In this document: positions 12,676 through 25,340 of the stretch, piece by piece
Position numbering within the stretch: position 1 is the stretch's first letter
How the letters are laid out: the number at the start of each line of letters is the position of its first letter
Assembly: GCA_030390025.1 (NCBI GenBank)
Contig: CM059431.1
Coordinates: 108,378,001-108,442,000 of the forward strand
Direction of reading: 5' to 3'
Length of the DNA stretch: 64,000 bases
DNA from: Squalus acanthias
Taxonomy: Eukaryota
Made by a program: the position numbers and the translations under genes
The notes under the pieces: generated by a model
What the model was told of the DNA's origin: nothing
Database searches by the model: none
The model's input: the letters and a program-made list of their open reading frames with translations, nothing else

Positions 12676-15600
12676 CTTGTTACATGCACTTCTAATTTCT
12701 TAATTGATACTGTGCCCTACATTACCACTACTGTTTGGTGGCCTATACACAACTCCCACCAATGTTTTCCGCCCTTTGCTGTTTCTTAGCTCCACTCAAA
12801 CTGATTCCAGTTCTACATCACGATCTGCCGAGCCAAGATCTTTTATCTCTACCGTCCCGATCTCATCCCTTATTAACAGCGCTCTGCCACCTCCTTTACC
12901 TTTTTGTCTGTCCTTCCTAAATGTTGAGTACCCTGGAACATTCAGTTCCCAGCTTTGGTTACCCTGCAACCATGACTCTGTAATGGCAATTACATCATAC
13001 CCATTTACTTCTATTGGTGCCATTAATTCATCCACCTTGTTGCGAATGCTACGTGCATTTAGATAAAGTGCCTTCAACTTTGCCTGTTTGATATTTTTCT
13101 GCACTTTGACCCTCTTTACTGTTGGCCTTTGTTTCTGCTCCCTACTAGTTTTGCTAACTTGCACTTCCAGCTTTGTTTCTCTCCATTCTGGACCCACACT
13201 TAGGTTCCCAGCCCCTGACAAACTAGTTTAAATCCTTCCCAACAACACTAGCAAACCTCACTGCGAGGATATTGGTTCCGGTTCTGCCGAGGTGTAATCC
13301 GTCCAGCTTGTACAGGTCCCACCTTCCCCGGAATCGATCCTAATGCCTCAGGAATTTAAATCCCTCCCTCCGACACCATCTCTCCATGGGGGCGCGTTGG
13401 GGGCGGGACTGCTGGTTTTCGGGTTTTAGTTCCGCCCCCAACGACGTCCGGCCAACCCACGCTATTTTCCCTTGATTGACCTTGTTAAGCCCGCCCTGTG
13501 AGCTTAGCCGGCCCTACGGGCATCGCCGGCCAATTAAGGGAAAGCTGGTGACAGAGGACATCAGCGTATGACGATTCATCTGTCAAAAATTTTTGACAGA
13601 TGAATTGTCAACGTTTGACAGCTTTGAGAAGCTGTCAAACACTGACAATCTCTGTTCTAAGGTAAGCCCATGGACTGAAGACTCACCAAAACCTCTTTCC
13701 TTAGCAGAAAGCAGATGGCTGCTGCATCGGAGAATGCAGCAGCCATTCTGTCATCTCTGCCGTTGAGATGAGGCACCTCCGATCCCCAAGGGTTGAAGCC
13801 TGCAGGAAGAAGCAAAGGTAAGTAAACTTTTTCTCACACTTTACACTCACCTCTCATACTTACCTCTCCACACTTGCACCCATCACTCACCTCCACAGCG
13901 CACTTTTTGACCCCTCTCACCCCCGCAGACCCATTGCTCGCCTCACTGACCCTGGCGAGGTTCGCAGCCATCGGGAAGCCCACACTTGTGTGGGTAAAAT
14001 GGGGATAAGCCTCTTAACTGCCAGTTAACTACCTGTTAACAGGCAGTTAAGTGGCTGTAATCCCCTTCCCGCCTCAAGGAGACGGGTCCCTGCGCGAGTC
14101 GGGGACCCGCCTAATGGGAAGATGGCACAGTGGCGGTTTGGGAGCGGGTTCGGTACCCGCTCCCAGTTTCTGCCATTTTCCCGGCAGACCCGCCGCCATA
14201 CCCGCCTCCCCAGGGCTGGCAAAATTCCTCCCTAAGTATCTAAATGAGGTAGAGGAATAAAGGGATTTGGGGCAACAGATACACAGCTCACTAAAAGTAA
14301 CAGCCCTGGGGTTCATTTCTAGAGGGATAGAATTGAAAAGCAGAGACGTTATGTGAAACTTGTATCGGACCTTGGTTAAACTACAATTGCAGTCCTGTGC
14401 CTAGTTCTGGTTTCCATCTTATAAAAAGGATAAACAGGCACTGGAGAAGCAGCATAAACGATTTGCTAGGATGATACCAGAACTGAGATGTGATACCTAT
14501 CAGCAAAGATTGAACAGACTGGAGCTCTTTTCTCTAGAAAAAAGAAGACTGAGGGGTGACCTGATAGAGGTCTTTAAGATTATGAAAGGGCTTGATAGGG
14601 TAGATGTAGAGAAGATGTTTCCACTTGCGGGCGAGAACAGAACTAGGGGCCATAAATATAAGATAGTCACTAATAAATCCAACAGGGAATTCAGGAGAAA
14701 CTTTTTTGCCCAGGGAGTTGTTAGAATGTGGAACTCGATACCACAGGGAGTGGTTGAGGCGAATAGTATAGATGCATTCAAGGGGAAGCTCGATAATCAC
14801 ATGAGGGAGAAAGGGGTTCGATGAAGGGGTGGGGGGAGGCTCGTGTGGAGCATAAACACCGGCATGGACCTGTTAGGCTGAATGGCCTGTTTCTGTGCTG
14901 TAAGTACCATGTAATTTGTTTCCAAAATGGCTGGCTATTCTTAAAGTTACCAAATGCATATTCCATTCAGGGTGGGCGCAGTCTCAAATATGAGGTCTGC
15001 AGTATTGGGTTAAGTGTACAGGGTTTTACAATAAAGTTAACAGATAATCCTTCAAACTAATATCGCCGTAGCATCTGGTGATTGCTACAGATGTTGTGGA
15101 TATACATCTGGCCTGGTAAATTGAATGAAGTCGGCCTTTTGCCAGCAGGCAGTGACTGAGGCATTAATCTTAGTTACTACATATTAGCCCGAGAAACACG
15201 AACTCCAATCCATCTCGGGTAAGAAAATGAAATTTTTCCTTTGGGGATAAATCAAGTTGCAGCAGTTAGTCAGCATTTGTGATGCGGATTCAGACTTGCA
15301 GGATCCACAATTGTCAGCTCAGGGATTGTGATGCCTGTACTACTTATACCCAAGAACTACACATGGGCGGTGCCAGGGTCTTGGTGGAGACCCCTGCCCC
15401 AGCAAGGATATACAACTCTCCATGAAATCGTCATAAACATGCTAAAGAAATAACATTCAGGGTTATAATCAAGCACTTCCATTTGTGATCAGCTTAATGC
15501 CTCATAAGAGAACCTAGTTATAGTCATAGTACCAACATTAAGGATGGAATAGCAAAGGATTTAAAAACAAAGGATATGATAATAAAGGGTATAGCCATCA

Positions 15601-16286
15601 CTTTTAATTTTGTGAGTTTAAATGTACAACCTTTTTAAATTGTTGATGGGATAAATGTTACACAGAGTAGAATTCTGGCCCCTTCTTGAGGCTAAAAGTA
15701 ATTCATCTGTCCTCTAGCGTGACACCAATTCAAAAGTGGTTTATGTCTCCCTGTGATGCAGATCGACCAGCCCAGCTGAAATTCCTGAAACAGCGACCAG
15801 TGTATTTATTTCATCTATTCCAAGTTATATTGTTTTGTCTCGCTTAGCTGAGCCTTCTTTTGTCTCAAGAGGAAAGGACGCTTGCTCATTTGTCGTGTTT
15901 GACAGAACTTTCGTTGTCCCTGCATATCTGTCTTCAATATGCCATGAGAAAGGTGATCTCAGAGGTGCCTTCAAGGAGTAACTACATGGTGTTTGAAGAA
16001 GTGGCTACAAGAAGTCTTGCTGAATGTTTACTCTTGCACCTGCATTAGCAATGCAATACTAAGATGAGGAGCCATCTTTTCATTTCCAATTTATGACTAT
16101 CTCTTTTTTAAATGCCGCAAAAATCCCTTTTGCTTATTTTTATGCCATGGTCCATTCAGCAGCAATGCTACAGTCTATATATTCCAACAGTCGCTGTTTA
16201 CTGAATTCTGTCCGTGTGTCAGTATTTGCTGCCTCCACCTCTGGCTCCTCTCCTAAAGTTGCTCCAGAATGCTCTGCTAATTCCCT

Positions 16287-16832
16287 GGGGTAGATCTTGA
16301 CTTTGAGTTATCGTGTAAAACCGGTGTTAGCAAGTCGGCAACCCCTAGTTACATCTCTCCTGAGTTTTATCTCCATTGTGGAAATAAAAATTGGGAGAGA
16401 TGTAAAATTAACTATTACAGGTATGGAGTCTCATTCTTTCAGGTTTTAATTATTGTTGGAAATTTAAAAAAAAATTAAGACTTTTATTTTACTTTTTCTT
16501 TCTGTCTCTTTTTTTTCTCTCTCTTAATCCAATCTTTCTTTCCCTCTCTTTATTTCTCTTTCTGTACCTGAATTGACATTGAGTTCACCCACTCTAATTT
16601 ACAACCTTGTGCTGTTAATTTCACAATGCTTCAACCTGATTGGTTAAGAAGATACACAGTTGCGTGCCCTGTTCACTCAGGTCCCAGATGCCCTGTAGAG
16701 GGTGCCGCACCGTTCCATCTCCCACTTCCAGCAACTTGCAGTGCAAAATATTCTGGAGATTAACCGGAAAAGGGCAAGTCTAACTAACAGCGGGTGTCAT
16801 TCGTTGACCGGTTACAGGAATTTTTTGGCCAA
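16287..16832. mobile_element. MITE-like element related to 38694-38866
   Basis: Starts GGGGTAGATCTTGAC like 38694. The right end is degraded. Confidence 0.45.
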
Positions 16833-17732
16833 TGTGCTTTTAAACATGTAGATCAATGAAAAGACCTTATTTTCACACAATACACAAATATATTATTTTA
16901 CCGTAGTCCAACACTAACAAGGTTAACATAACATATTTGATATGGAAGCATAGAGCTTGAAAAATGCAAATACTCCAAAATACAGAGGTGACAAAAGTAG
17001 AAGTTTTGTCACAGTAGGCTTGCATGAATATATATTTAAAATAAAGCTATGGTAACGCAGGTTAAAAATTGGTGCTGTTCCTCCCTAAGTTTAAAATGGA
17101 GGGTCAGAGTCAATCCTTCATCGGGTTGATTCTTTTGATCAAGGATTAATTTAGATAGAGGCTTTCCTTGATCCTGGGAGTAACTGGAGACAATGTGCTT
17201 GAAATGCAAATGTCGATTCCAAGGTGTCCAGATCTGACATTCTGATATCAACCTCTCCCCACAAGGCTGCTCCATTATGTGACTGTTAGGGGCATTCCTT
17301 AGCAGCTTCATTGCAAAAATGGGGGGTTGGGGCCGTGACTTTTGATGGTCTAAGGGATGTTCTGGACCTAAGTCCCTCCATAACCTTACCACTCCCTATT
17401 CCTGTAGCCTCCTCCAGCCCTACAAACCTCTGAGATCCCTGTGCTCCTCCAATTCTGGCCTCTTCCACATCCCCAATTTTAATCACCCCACCATTGGCGG
17501 CTGGAGAGAAACAGAAATAATACATTTGACACAGCATTGGATGATTCTTGGCGAAGCAAGAATAAAATCTTACGCCTTGGCCCTGTGTAGCAGATGAGTA
17601 GTACCACTGTATCCATGTCAACTGTTTGCAGCAGTTAGTCCCGATAATATCATGTTTCAATCTTAGAAGAACTTTAAGTGATCTGCACAATGGCTATGTC
17701 AAAATAATATTGCTACTTTGATATTTAATGTA

Positions 17733-17940
17733 CATAAGAACTTAAGAATAGAAGAATTAGGAGCAGGAGTAGGCCATACGACCCCTTGAGCCTGCTCTGC
17801 CATTCAATAAGATCATGGCTGATCTTCGACCTCAACTCCACTTTCCCGCTCGATCCCCAAATCTCTTGATTCCCCTCGAGTCCAAAAATCTATCGATCTC
17901 AGCCTTGAATATACTCAAAGACTCAGCATTCACAGCCCTG
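17733..17940 (-). mobile_element. CR1 3' end
   Basis: CATAAGAA tail and GGCCATACGACC stem-loop region. Confidence 0.75.
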
Positions 17941-18100
17941 GTCATTATCTCATTGCTGCTTGTGGGAGCTTGCTATGCGCAAATTGGCTGCCGCATTTCC
18001 TACATTACAACAGTGACTACATTTCAAAAGTATTTTACTGGCTGTAACATTTTCCTGAGGTTGTGAACGGCGCTATGCAAATTCAAGTCTTTCTTTCTGT
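17938..18100 (+). mobile_element. Deu-domain SINE, 3' half
   Basis: Matches ~46205-46370 of the full-length SINE. Confidence 0.75.
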
Positions 18101-18203
18101 TCCTTCTTTATTTTATGATGTGGAGATGCCGGTGTTGGACTGGGGTGGACAAATGTGAGAAGTCGCACAACACCAGGTTATAGTCCAACAGCTTTATTTG
18201 AAA

Positions 18204-18241
18204 TCACAAGCTTTCGGAGCGGCTGCTCCTTCGTCAGGTGA
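18204..18241 (-). ncRNA. Minimal type I hammerhead ribozyme motif
   Basis: TCAC-CTGACGA-AGGAGCAGCCGCTCC-GAAA-GCTT-GTGA: intact core, stems I and II, palindromic AAGCTT stem III. Confidence 0.75.
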
Positions 18242-18577
18242 AGTGAAGAGATGTATATCAGCACAGCATATATAGTCAGAGAACACTGCCAGATGATTAC
18301 AGTTAATCTTTCTAACTGCCCTTTATCACACCTCGGCAGAGAGATAATCACGGCAATCAAAGGTGTGGATGGTGTCCAAACAGGTCAGTCAGGAGAACAT
18401 TACATCAAAGACAATGAGGTGGGGTCACAAGGGGTCAAATGCGGCAGATGCTGGGGTCTGTATGGAAAACAAAAAACTTTTTTTGCTGGAAATCACAGCA
18501 GGTCCGGCCGCATCTGTGTAGAGAGAACAAGCCAACGACGACTCGAGTCTGGGTGACTCTACATCAGGTGGGGTTAC

Positions 18578-19155
18578 ATGTAAGAACATAAGAACATAAG
18601 AACTAGGAGCAGGAGTGGACCAATCGGCCCCTCGAGCCTGCTCCGCCATTCAATGAGATCATGGCTGATCTGATCCAACCTCAACTCTAAAGAACACAAG
18701 AAGCAGGAGCAGGACCAGGCCACTCGGCCCCTGGGCCCGCTCCGCCACCCACAGGGCCTTGACCGATCCGAACTCAAACTCATGTCCAATTTCCAGCCCG
18801 CTCCCCGTAACCCCTGATTCCCTTTACTTCTAGGAAACGGTCTATTTCTGTTTTAAATTTATTTAATGAAGTAGCTTCCACAGCTTCCTGGGGTAGCAAA
18901 TTCCACAGACCCACTACCCTCTGAGTGAAAAAGTTTCTCCTCATCTCAGTTTTGAAAGAGGAGCCCCTTATTCTAAGATTATGTCCCCTAGTTCTAGTTT
19001 CACCCATCATTGGGAACATCCTCACCGCGTCCACCCGATCAAGCCCCTTCACAATCTTATATGTTTCAATAAGATCGCCTCTCATTCTTCTGAACTCCAA
19101 TGAGTAGAGTCCCAATCTACTCAACCTCTCCTCGTATGTCCACCCCCTCATCCCC
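18578..19155 (-). mobile_element. CR1 3' end with duplicated 3' UTR
   Basis: ORF 18780-19151 is the CR1 C-terminus, followed by two successive stem-loop and tail units. Confidence 0.8.
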
Positions 19156-21204
19156 TGTAGCGTGACATGAACCTAAGATCCCAGTTGAGGCCGTCCTCAT
19201 GGGTGCGGAACTTGGCTATCAGTTTCTGCTCGACGATTTTGCGTTGTCGTGTGTCTCGAAGGCCGCCTTGGAGAATGCTTACCCGCAGATCGGAGGCTGA
19301 ATGTCCTTGACTGCTGAAGTGTTCCCCGACTGGGAGGGAACACTCCTGCCTGTAACAGTCTGGTGCTGGCTGTGGGCATCTCTGTGTTTGAATAGACTGA
19401 AGCAGTGGGAGTCGTATGCATTTGTTAACCTTCAGCGATGCAAACTAAGATGTAAAATGCTGAACTACCCCGGTGCAGCTCATGCATGGAGAGTCTGGTA
19501 TGACTGTTGAAAAGAGGCAACTGAGTTAAAAACCGGAACTGGAACAAAAGCAGCTGTCTGTAACCTTAAATAAACTCTGCAGGAGAAGAAATAAAGGCTT
19601 GAATTTGAGGTCCAAGTTAAGGGGTAGTTACCGACTTTAATAAATGAGTTTCATTTTGTTCTGGGAGACATAGTTTATATTGGGTGTAGATTTATACTAA
19701 AATCTGAATGAGGAATAGCTGCTAAAATCTCGGTTATGATCTATGGTCCTGTCAAAAAAAAATGTGATGTAAGTATGCAAAGGTTGAAAAATAAGAACAT
19801 ATTTATAATGTTATTTTTTTGCCGTCGTCATATATCAACATTCTCATTATGTTCTCATGGCCAATTTATCATTTCAGTATCAAACTGGCGAGCAACTTTT
19901 TAAAAAGAAATGTAATTAGAACCAGGATGTAGAAGAATACAAAATAAAAATCTTGATAAATGTCACTGTAGGAACAAAAGCACTTTGGAGTTTCTTTATA
20001 AGCCTATTACGCTGTCATTTTATTACAGAAGAATTAAGTGTGAAACAGCGAGGTGACTAGCACGGCAGTGAACAGTCACAGCTGTATAACAAATTGCTGG
20101 ATTTTGTAATAGAGTTGTACCACATAGCTTCTGAATGGATAAAAGGTTTACAAAGTAAGATGTTGAAAGGTCATAAAGAAAGATTATACAATTACAGCCC
20201 TCTGCCATGAAAAATTGGAAGAGTCACTCTGTCACTGATTCATTTAAAATCTCATAATCCATTTTCCTTTCAGGGAACATTTTTGAAATAAAGTGTCAGC
20301 TGAATGAAGCTTGCTTAGTGGCGCTGCTGTTTTAGTAGCAGACCAAACATTCGAGACACCAGCGACTGCACTGATGTCAAGGGCAATGACTTTGTTACTT
20401 CACCAATATAATGTCACCATTCACCAAGAGGGTTGCCACAAGACACTTTCTAGCAGCTGAGGAAATGCAGACCTTCAACATCCATTATTAGAGCACTTGC
20501 CTCTAATCATGACATCTACCGAAATGAAAAGGAAGGGAGTGGAGAAAGCTGCGAACAGCAATTACGTATGACAAATGAAATGAAAACAGCTATTCCTCGA
20601 AATACACAGCGGGTCAGTGGGCATCTGCAAAGAGAAGAGACAAGTTAATGTCTTGGATGTAATCCCTTCTTCAGAAACTGATATATACCCAAAACATTGA
20701 CCTGTATTTTCTCTTTAATTGACCTGTGGCCGCACGGGCCCTTGAAGGATCTTAAGAGGAAGCAGGTGTGGCTTTAGGCGTCTGCTTGGAACACCTGAGA
20801 AGCCGGCAACTCCAATATGATGGTGCCCGCAACACAGGTACTGATCAGGCGCCCTGAAATTGGTCCTTTCTGCCACCCCCCCACCCTCCGCCCCCCCAGG
20901 TGGAAAACGGTTGTAACGAGGAGCAATTTCCACCCCATCATTTCCGTCATGTCCATTGTCATTTCTACATGTCCAGTTGTGTGTGATTATTCAAGGCATT
21001 GACACTGAATCCGAACGAGCCAAATTAGCAGTTCAGATTCAGTTGCATTGACTAGTTCTATGGTCTGATGTTACTGTCATATTAACATGCATCTACTGCA
21101 ATATTAGGAATTTGTTACCAATTGAACCCCTCTATTATTACGCTATAACATCAGACCATTTAGCTATTTAATAGCTAAACCCAGATTTTTTTATTAACTT
21201 ATTC

Positions 21205-21580
21205 TCAATATGGGTGTTGCTGAGGATTTGAGGATCTTAAAGAGGGAAGGAAGGTTGGAGATGGGATGGTAGTTGGTGAGGAGAAATGGGTCAAGGTGAT
21301 TTTAGATGTAGAGAGGGACAGTGCTTGAGGAGAAGAGTTCAATGACAATGCCAGTGAGCATGGAGCCAGGAAGGGGCGTTGAAAGGTCAGAGGTTGAGTG
21401 GCAATGGTACTGGGGGAACAGGAGGCGGGTCTCGTGGATAAGATGAGCTTGGAGAAGGTGGGGGAATAGAAGGAGAAGCTGCAGAAAGACAGGCGTTCAG
21501 GGCTAGAGTGGGTGTGGGGACTGGGAAAAGGCTTTGAGCTGCAGAGAGAGAGGAAGAGGAGGTAGCAGCACAATCCTACA
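21205..21580 (-). mobile_element. Degraded L2-type LINE ORF2 fragment
   Basis: Minus strand at ~21225-21275 reads NYHPISNLPSLFKIL, resembling the LINE RT N-terminal motif. Confidence 0.5.
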
Positions 21581-22664
21581 AATTAAGAAATCTTTGAGCT
21601 CCTCACACTTGGTGTTTGAGGTGAGGATAGAGGGGCGGGGAGAATAGTGTTATTTCGGAACAGACCACAGTGCTAAATCCTGAATGCTAAATCCATCAGA
21701 ATCTATCAGGTGTTGAATATAATAAAAATAGATTAATTCTTAATCAATAGCCGTAACAGTCAGACATGTTGATTCGACGATGTGCCTTTGTGTGCACAAG
21801 AGTGATTGCAGACAATTGGAAAAAGAAAGGCAGAAATAATTGCTCAAGATATACAGCGTAATTTTGCAGTTTTGCATGCACACAGTGGTTTCAGCAGCGT
21901 ATATAATGAAACAGTATTCCCTTGCAGTTTTTTATGCATCCTATGAATATACTTGGTCACGAAAATGCAATTGAAACCTCATAAATGCTAATAGCTTGCC
22001 TGGAAAATGCCTTTTGAATCAAGATATCTATGCTGTAGGACTGGATGAGGTAACGGCACATAGAATCTTATGCTAGTCACAGCTTTAAGATTAGATCAAG
22101 TTTGTGTTTATTTGAATTGATCAACATTTTATAATAGATATATTTCATCTGAGCTACCAGACGGTTCTCAGTAAGCTTTAATTTATAAAGCTATAATCTT
22201 AAAAAGATGTTAAGGTTGCAAACTACATGCTTGATTAACTGTAATTATATTTTAAATTGGGTGGAATTACTTTGCCTTAGTTAAATCTAGGCTATAATCT
22301 GAAAATTAATAACATGCTGCGATGTAAATCTCCTGAACATTCAATTACGTGATCATGGTCAGCAGGTGCTGACTACATTAAACAGTAATGAATGAACATG
22401 GAGACCAAATGTTGTTGATATTGTGCTGTAACAGAATCTGTTATGAGGGGTTATTTATTGCAACGGAAGAAAATGTCAGCTATTCTGTTTAAAAAGGTCT
22501 CCTTTTCAATAGCACGACAACTCTAGCATTGAATTCAGATAAACAGACAGACAAATCAGGCAAGATTGAACAGGCTGGGGCTCTTTTCTCTAGAAAAGAG
22601 AAGACCGAGGGGTGACCTGACAGAGGTCTTTCAAATGACAAAGTGCTTTGATAGAGTAGAGAAG

Positions 22665-24421
22665 TGAGCCGCGATTTAACGAACCTCAGCAGGTCTGTGG
22701 CGGGCGGTGTCGGTGGCGGGTCCCGACCCCGCTGCTGTCTCCAGCCCGGCCTCTGAAATTAATTTCCTGAGATTGGGATTGTTAAGCCCACCCAGCGCGT
22801 TTGCCGGCCAATCAGAGAAACCTGGTCTGGTGACGTCATTTGATGACGCAATATCAGCCGGTTTCCTTAAAGGGACAATGCGCAAATTGATTTTGACAGT
22901 TCTGCTGTCAGTGTTCTACAGCATTGAGGTGCTGCAAACACTGACAAGCACTGCACAGAGGTGCAGGGCTGCACCCAGGCTCTCCCATGACTCCCTCCAT
23001 ATCCTTATGGAGGGAGTCACAGCACGCAGGGAGGTCCTCTTCCCTTCCCATGGGTGGAAGAGACCTCCCCAGGAGATCAACGCAGCCTGGTTGCACATTG
23101 CACAGGAGGACACAAGCAGGGATGTGGTCAGGTGAACCTGGGTGCTGTGCTGCAAACCTTTCAATGATCTCAGTAGATCATGAAGCGTTAGTACAAAGCC
23201 ACACTCAACCTCATCCTGCTGTGCCTCTCATCACATCCCTATCACTCTGCCTTCACTACCCTACTCTGCACATCCTTACTCACACCAACTTACCTTACAC
23301 CTCCACCCATCTCTCTCTCTCTATCTACATTATCACTTTCCAATCTCACTAGCCACCCCTCACACTCACCCTCATCCTAGTGCAATCATACCAACTAACA
23401 ACACAGAAGGGCAGGCACTTGTGTGTTTTAGCCAATGTTCATGTAGTTTCTGTTAATGTGCTGTCAAACATTGAAACCTTTATTTTCAACACTTTGCATT
23501 CTTGGACAGATTTGTGTGAACCTTTGGAAGTGGCTTCGTGAGTTGCAGTGAATGGTGAGACATAACGGTACCCCCCGCAATGATGATGATTGTGAAAGGA
23601 ATGGCTTGGACATTGTAAGGATGCTTTATGGTGTTGGTGTGGGGTGGTGCCAAGCTGGTGCATCATGTGGCAGCCAGGGTGTACAGTGTTAAGTGAAGTA
23701 AATCTGGCCATGGTGAGGCCATCCCTGGCATCCCGGGCAGCAATGTGGTCGGGTGCTGATGCCCTGTGTCCTGTGCAGCATCAGTTGATTGCGGACAAGG
23801 TTGGTGGTGTTGTTGGTGCTGCTGGTGGTGGGGCTGATCGTCGTCAGATTCTGAGGACCAAGGTCAGAGAGTGTAAACCGTACCCATGCTGATGGAATAG
23901 ATGGCAGGCGACGGAGAGATGACAGAAGCAAATCCGTCAATGATGAGGGAGGTTGTTCCAATGAGGTGCCACTGGATAGAGAGTCGGCTACAAAAAGCGC
24001 TATATGTCTTACAAATGAAGTAACCAACAGTTTCTGAGCTCTGAAACTGAACAGCTGCAACATGGCATCCTTTATACCACTTCTGCAGCTGAGAGGTAAT
24101 CAGATAAATCAAAGTAGACTCAGCTCACGACAGGGTGAGCTGTTGTGTTCCCCAAGCAGCGGGTAACCCATGGGGGAGTACGTAAAATTAGAAAGTAGGC
24201 TCAAAATAGCATTAGATTGGCTGTTAACAAGCCATTTAATTATCTAAATTGTCTCCCCCGCCGCTTGGTATCGGGTCTGTTCTGTGCAGGCAGACCCGAC
24301 ACTTGGGAGACTCGCGTGGAGGCGGGTTGGCAGTGGGTTCCCTACCCGCTGTCAATCTTTGCTATTTTGACAGCGGACCCGCCTCCAAACCCGCCCTCTG
24401 AGCACCGGCAAAATCGAGCCC
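22665..24421. mobile_element. Internally deleted Harbinger transposon
   Basis: Right TIR AAAATCGAGCCC, Myb/SANT-like remnant on +, convergent HIAARDARDGLTMARF on - (~23700-23750) resembling a Harbinger transposase C-terminus. Confidence 0.6.
22955..23180 (+). pseudogene. Harbinger Myb/SANT-like DNA-binding domain remnant
   Basis: RAAPRLSHDSLHILMEGVTARREVLFP...NAAWLHIAQE...R*TWVLCCKPFNDL, with an in-frame stop. Confidence 0.65.
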
Positions 24422-24933
24422 TTAATATTTATTTTACATGGAATACGACACATAGACCCATGAAGATAACACCCTGGAGGTCTTCTGAGACAAAGTTCAC
24501 CCTTGTGGTTGAATACCAATTATGATAACATACAGGGTAACAAACTTTTAATGATTCCATTGAATCCACCACACCTCATAGGTTGTGCTTCCTGTTATTA
24601 TGTCAAGTTCCAATCCCCCTACATCAGCCTGATTATCCATTTCAGCAACAATCATAATTATTAGCCTGTGAGCAATCAACTGTGTTTTTCAATTGCAGGC
24701 TGTGCAGCCAGTGCTATTAAAGTAATAAGGGCGCCATTAAAAATGAATACCTTGCCCACGTCTAGATATTCTATTGACGATTTTGTCATGTGCTTATACA
24801 CAGACAAACTGTTTGTGATTTCATGCATAGACGTGGCTGCATTGTCCACACAAATTTCCCTCTTGCAAAACAGACAACACTGACCCCAAAGCAATTCCTG
24901 ACAAAATATTAATGCTATTCTATTTTTAACTGC

Positions 24934-25340
24934 AACAACAACTTGTATTTATATAGCGCCTTTAACGTAGTAAAACGTCCCAAGGCGCTTCACAGGAGCG
25001 TTATCAAACAAAATTTGACACCGAGCCATATAAGGAGATATTAGGGCTGCTTGGTCAAAGAGCTAGGCTTTAAGAAGCGTCTTAACGGAGGATAGAGAGG
25101 AGGAGCAGTTTAGGGAGGGAATTCCAGAACTTAAGGCCTTGCAGTTGAAGGCACGGCCACCAATGGTGGAGCAATTAAAATCGGGGATGCTCAAGAGAGC
25201 AGAATTAGAGGAGCGCAGATATCTTGGGGGGTTGTGGGGCTGGAGGAGATTACAGAGATAGGGAGGGGCGAGGCCATGGAGGTGTTTGAAAACAAGGATG
25301 AGAATTCTAAAATTGAGGTGTTGCTTAACCGCGAGTCAAT
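24934..25340 (-). mobile_element. L2-type LINE 3' end
   Basis: (CAA)n tail, homologous to 39640-40219. Confidence 0.8.

Larger units (their letters stand above)
8901..13385 (-). mobile_element. CR1 LINE with degenerate ORF2 (APE endonuclease and RT) and ORF1 end
   Basis: ORFs 12796-13221 (YLNARSIRNK, ITESWL), 10933-11388 (GDFN, SDHN), 10270-10806, 9842-10261 ([17 protein letters not shown]) and 8988-9743. Confidence 0.92.
8884..14232. mobile_element. Harbinger-type non-autonomous element (8884-8900 plus 13386-14232) hosting a CR1
   Basis: TIRs GGGCTGGATTTT and AAAATTCCTCCC with TAA TSD (8881-8883, 14233-14235). Homologous to 59997-60827 in the opposite orientation. Confidence 0.7.
8750..14910 (+). 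mobile_element. CR1 LINE split into 8750-8883 and 14233-14910
   Basis: KCEVVHFGRKN at ~8820-8850 continues after 14233. ORF 14471-14824 is the CR1 C-terminus. Confidence 0.8.
18115..19355 (-). mobile_element. Penelope-like element 3' portion (family 2), interrupted by CR1
   Basis: 19190-19355 minus translates SLPVGEHFSSQGHSASDLRVSILQGG...EQKLIAKFRTHEDGLN, the GIY-YIG C-terminus. The terminal repeat at 18115-18245 matches 40377-40506. Confidence 0.75.

Noticed and set aside
11966..12703. 245-aa plus-strand ORF
   Set aside because: Lies within a solo LTR, starts at TTG, is low-complexity from tandem repeats and runs out into antisense CR1.
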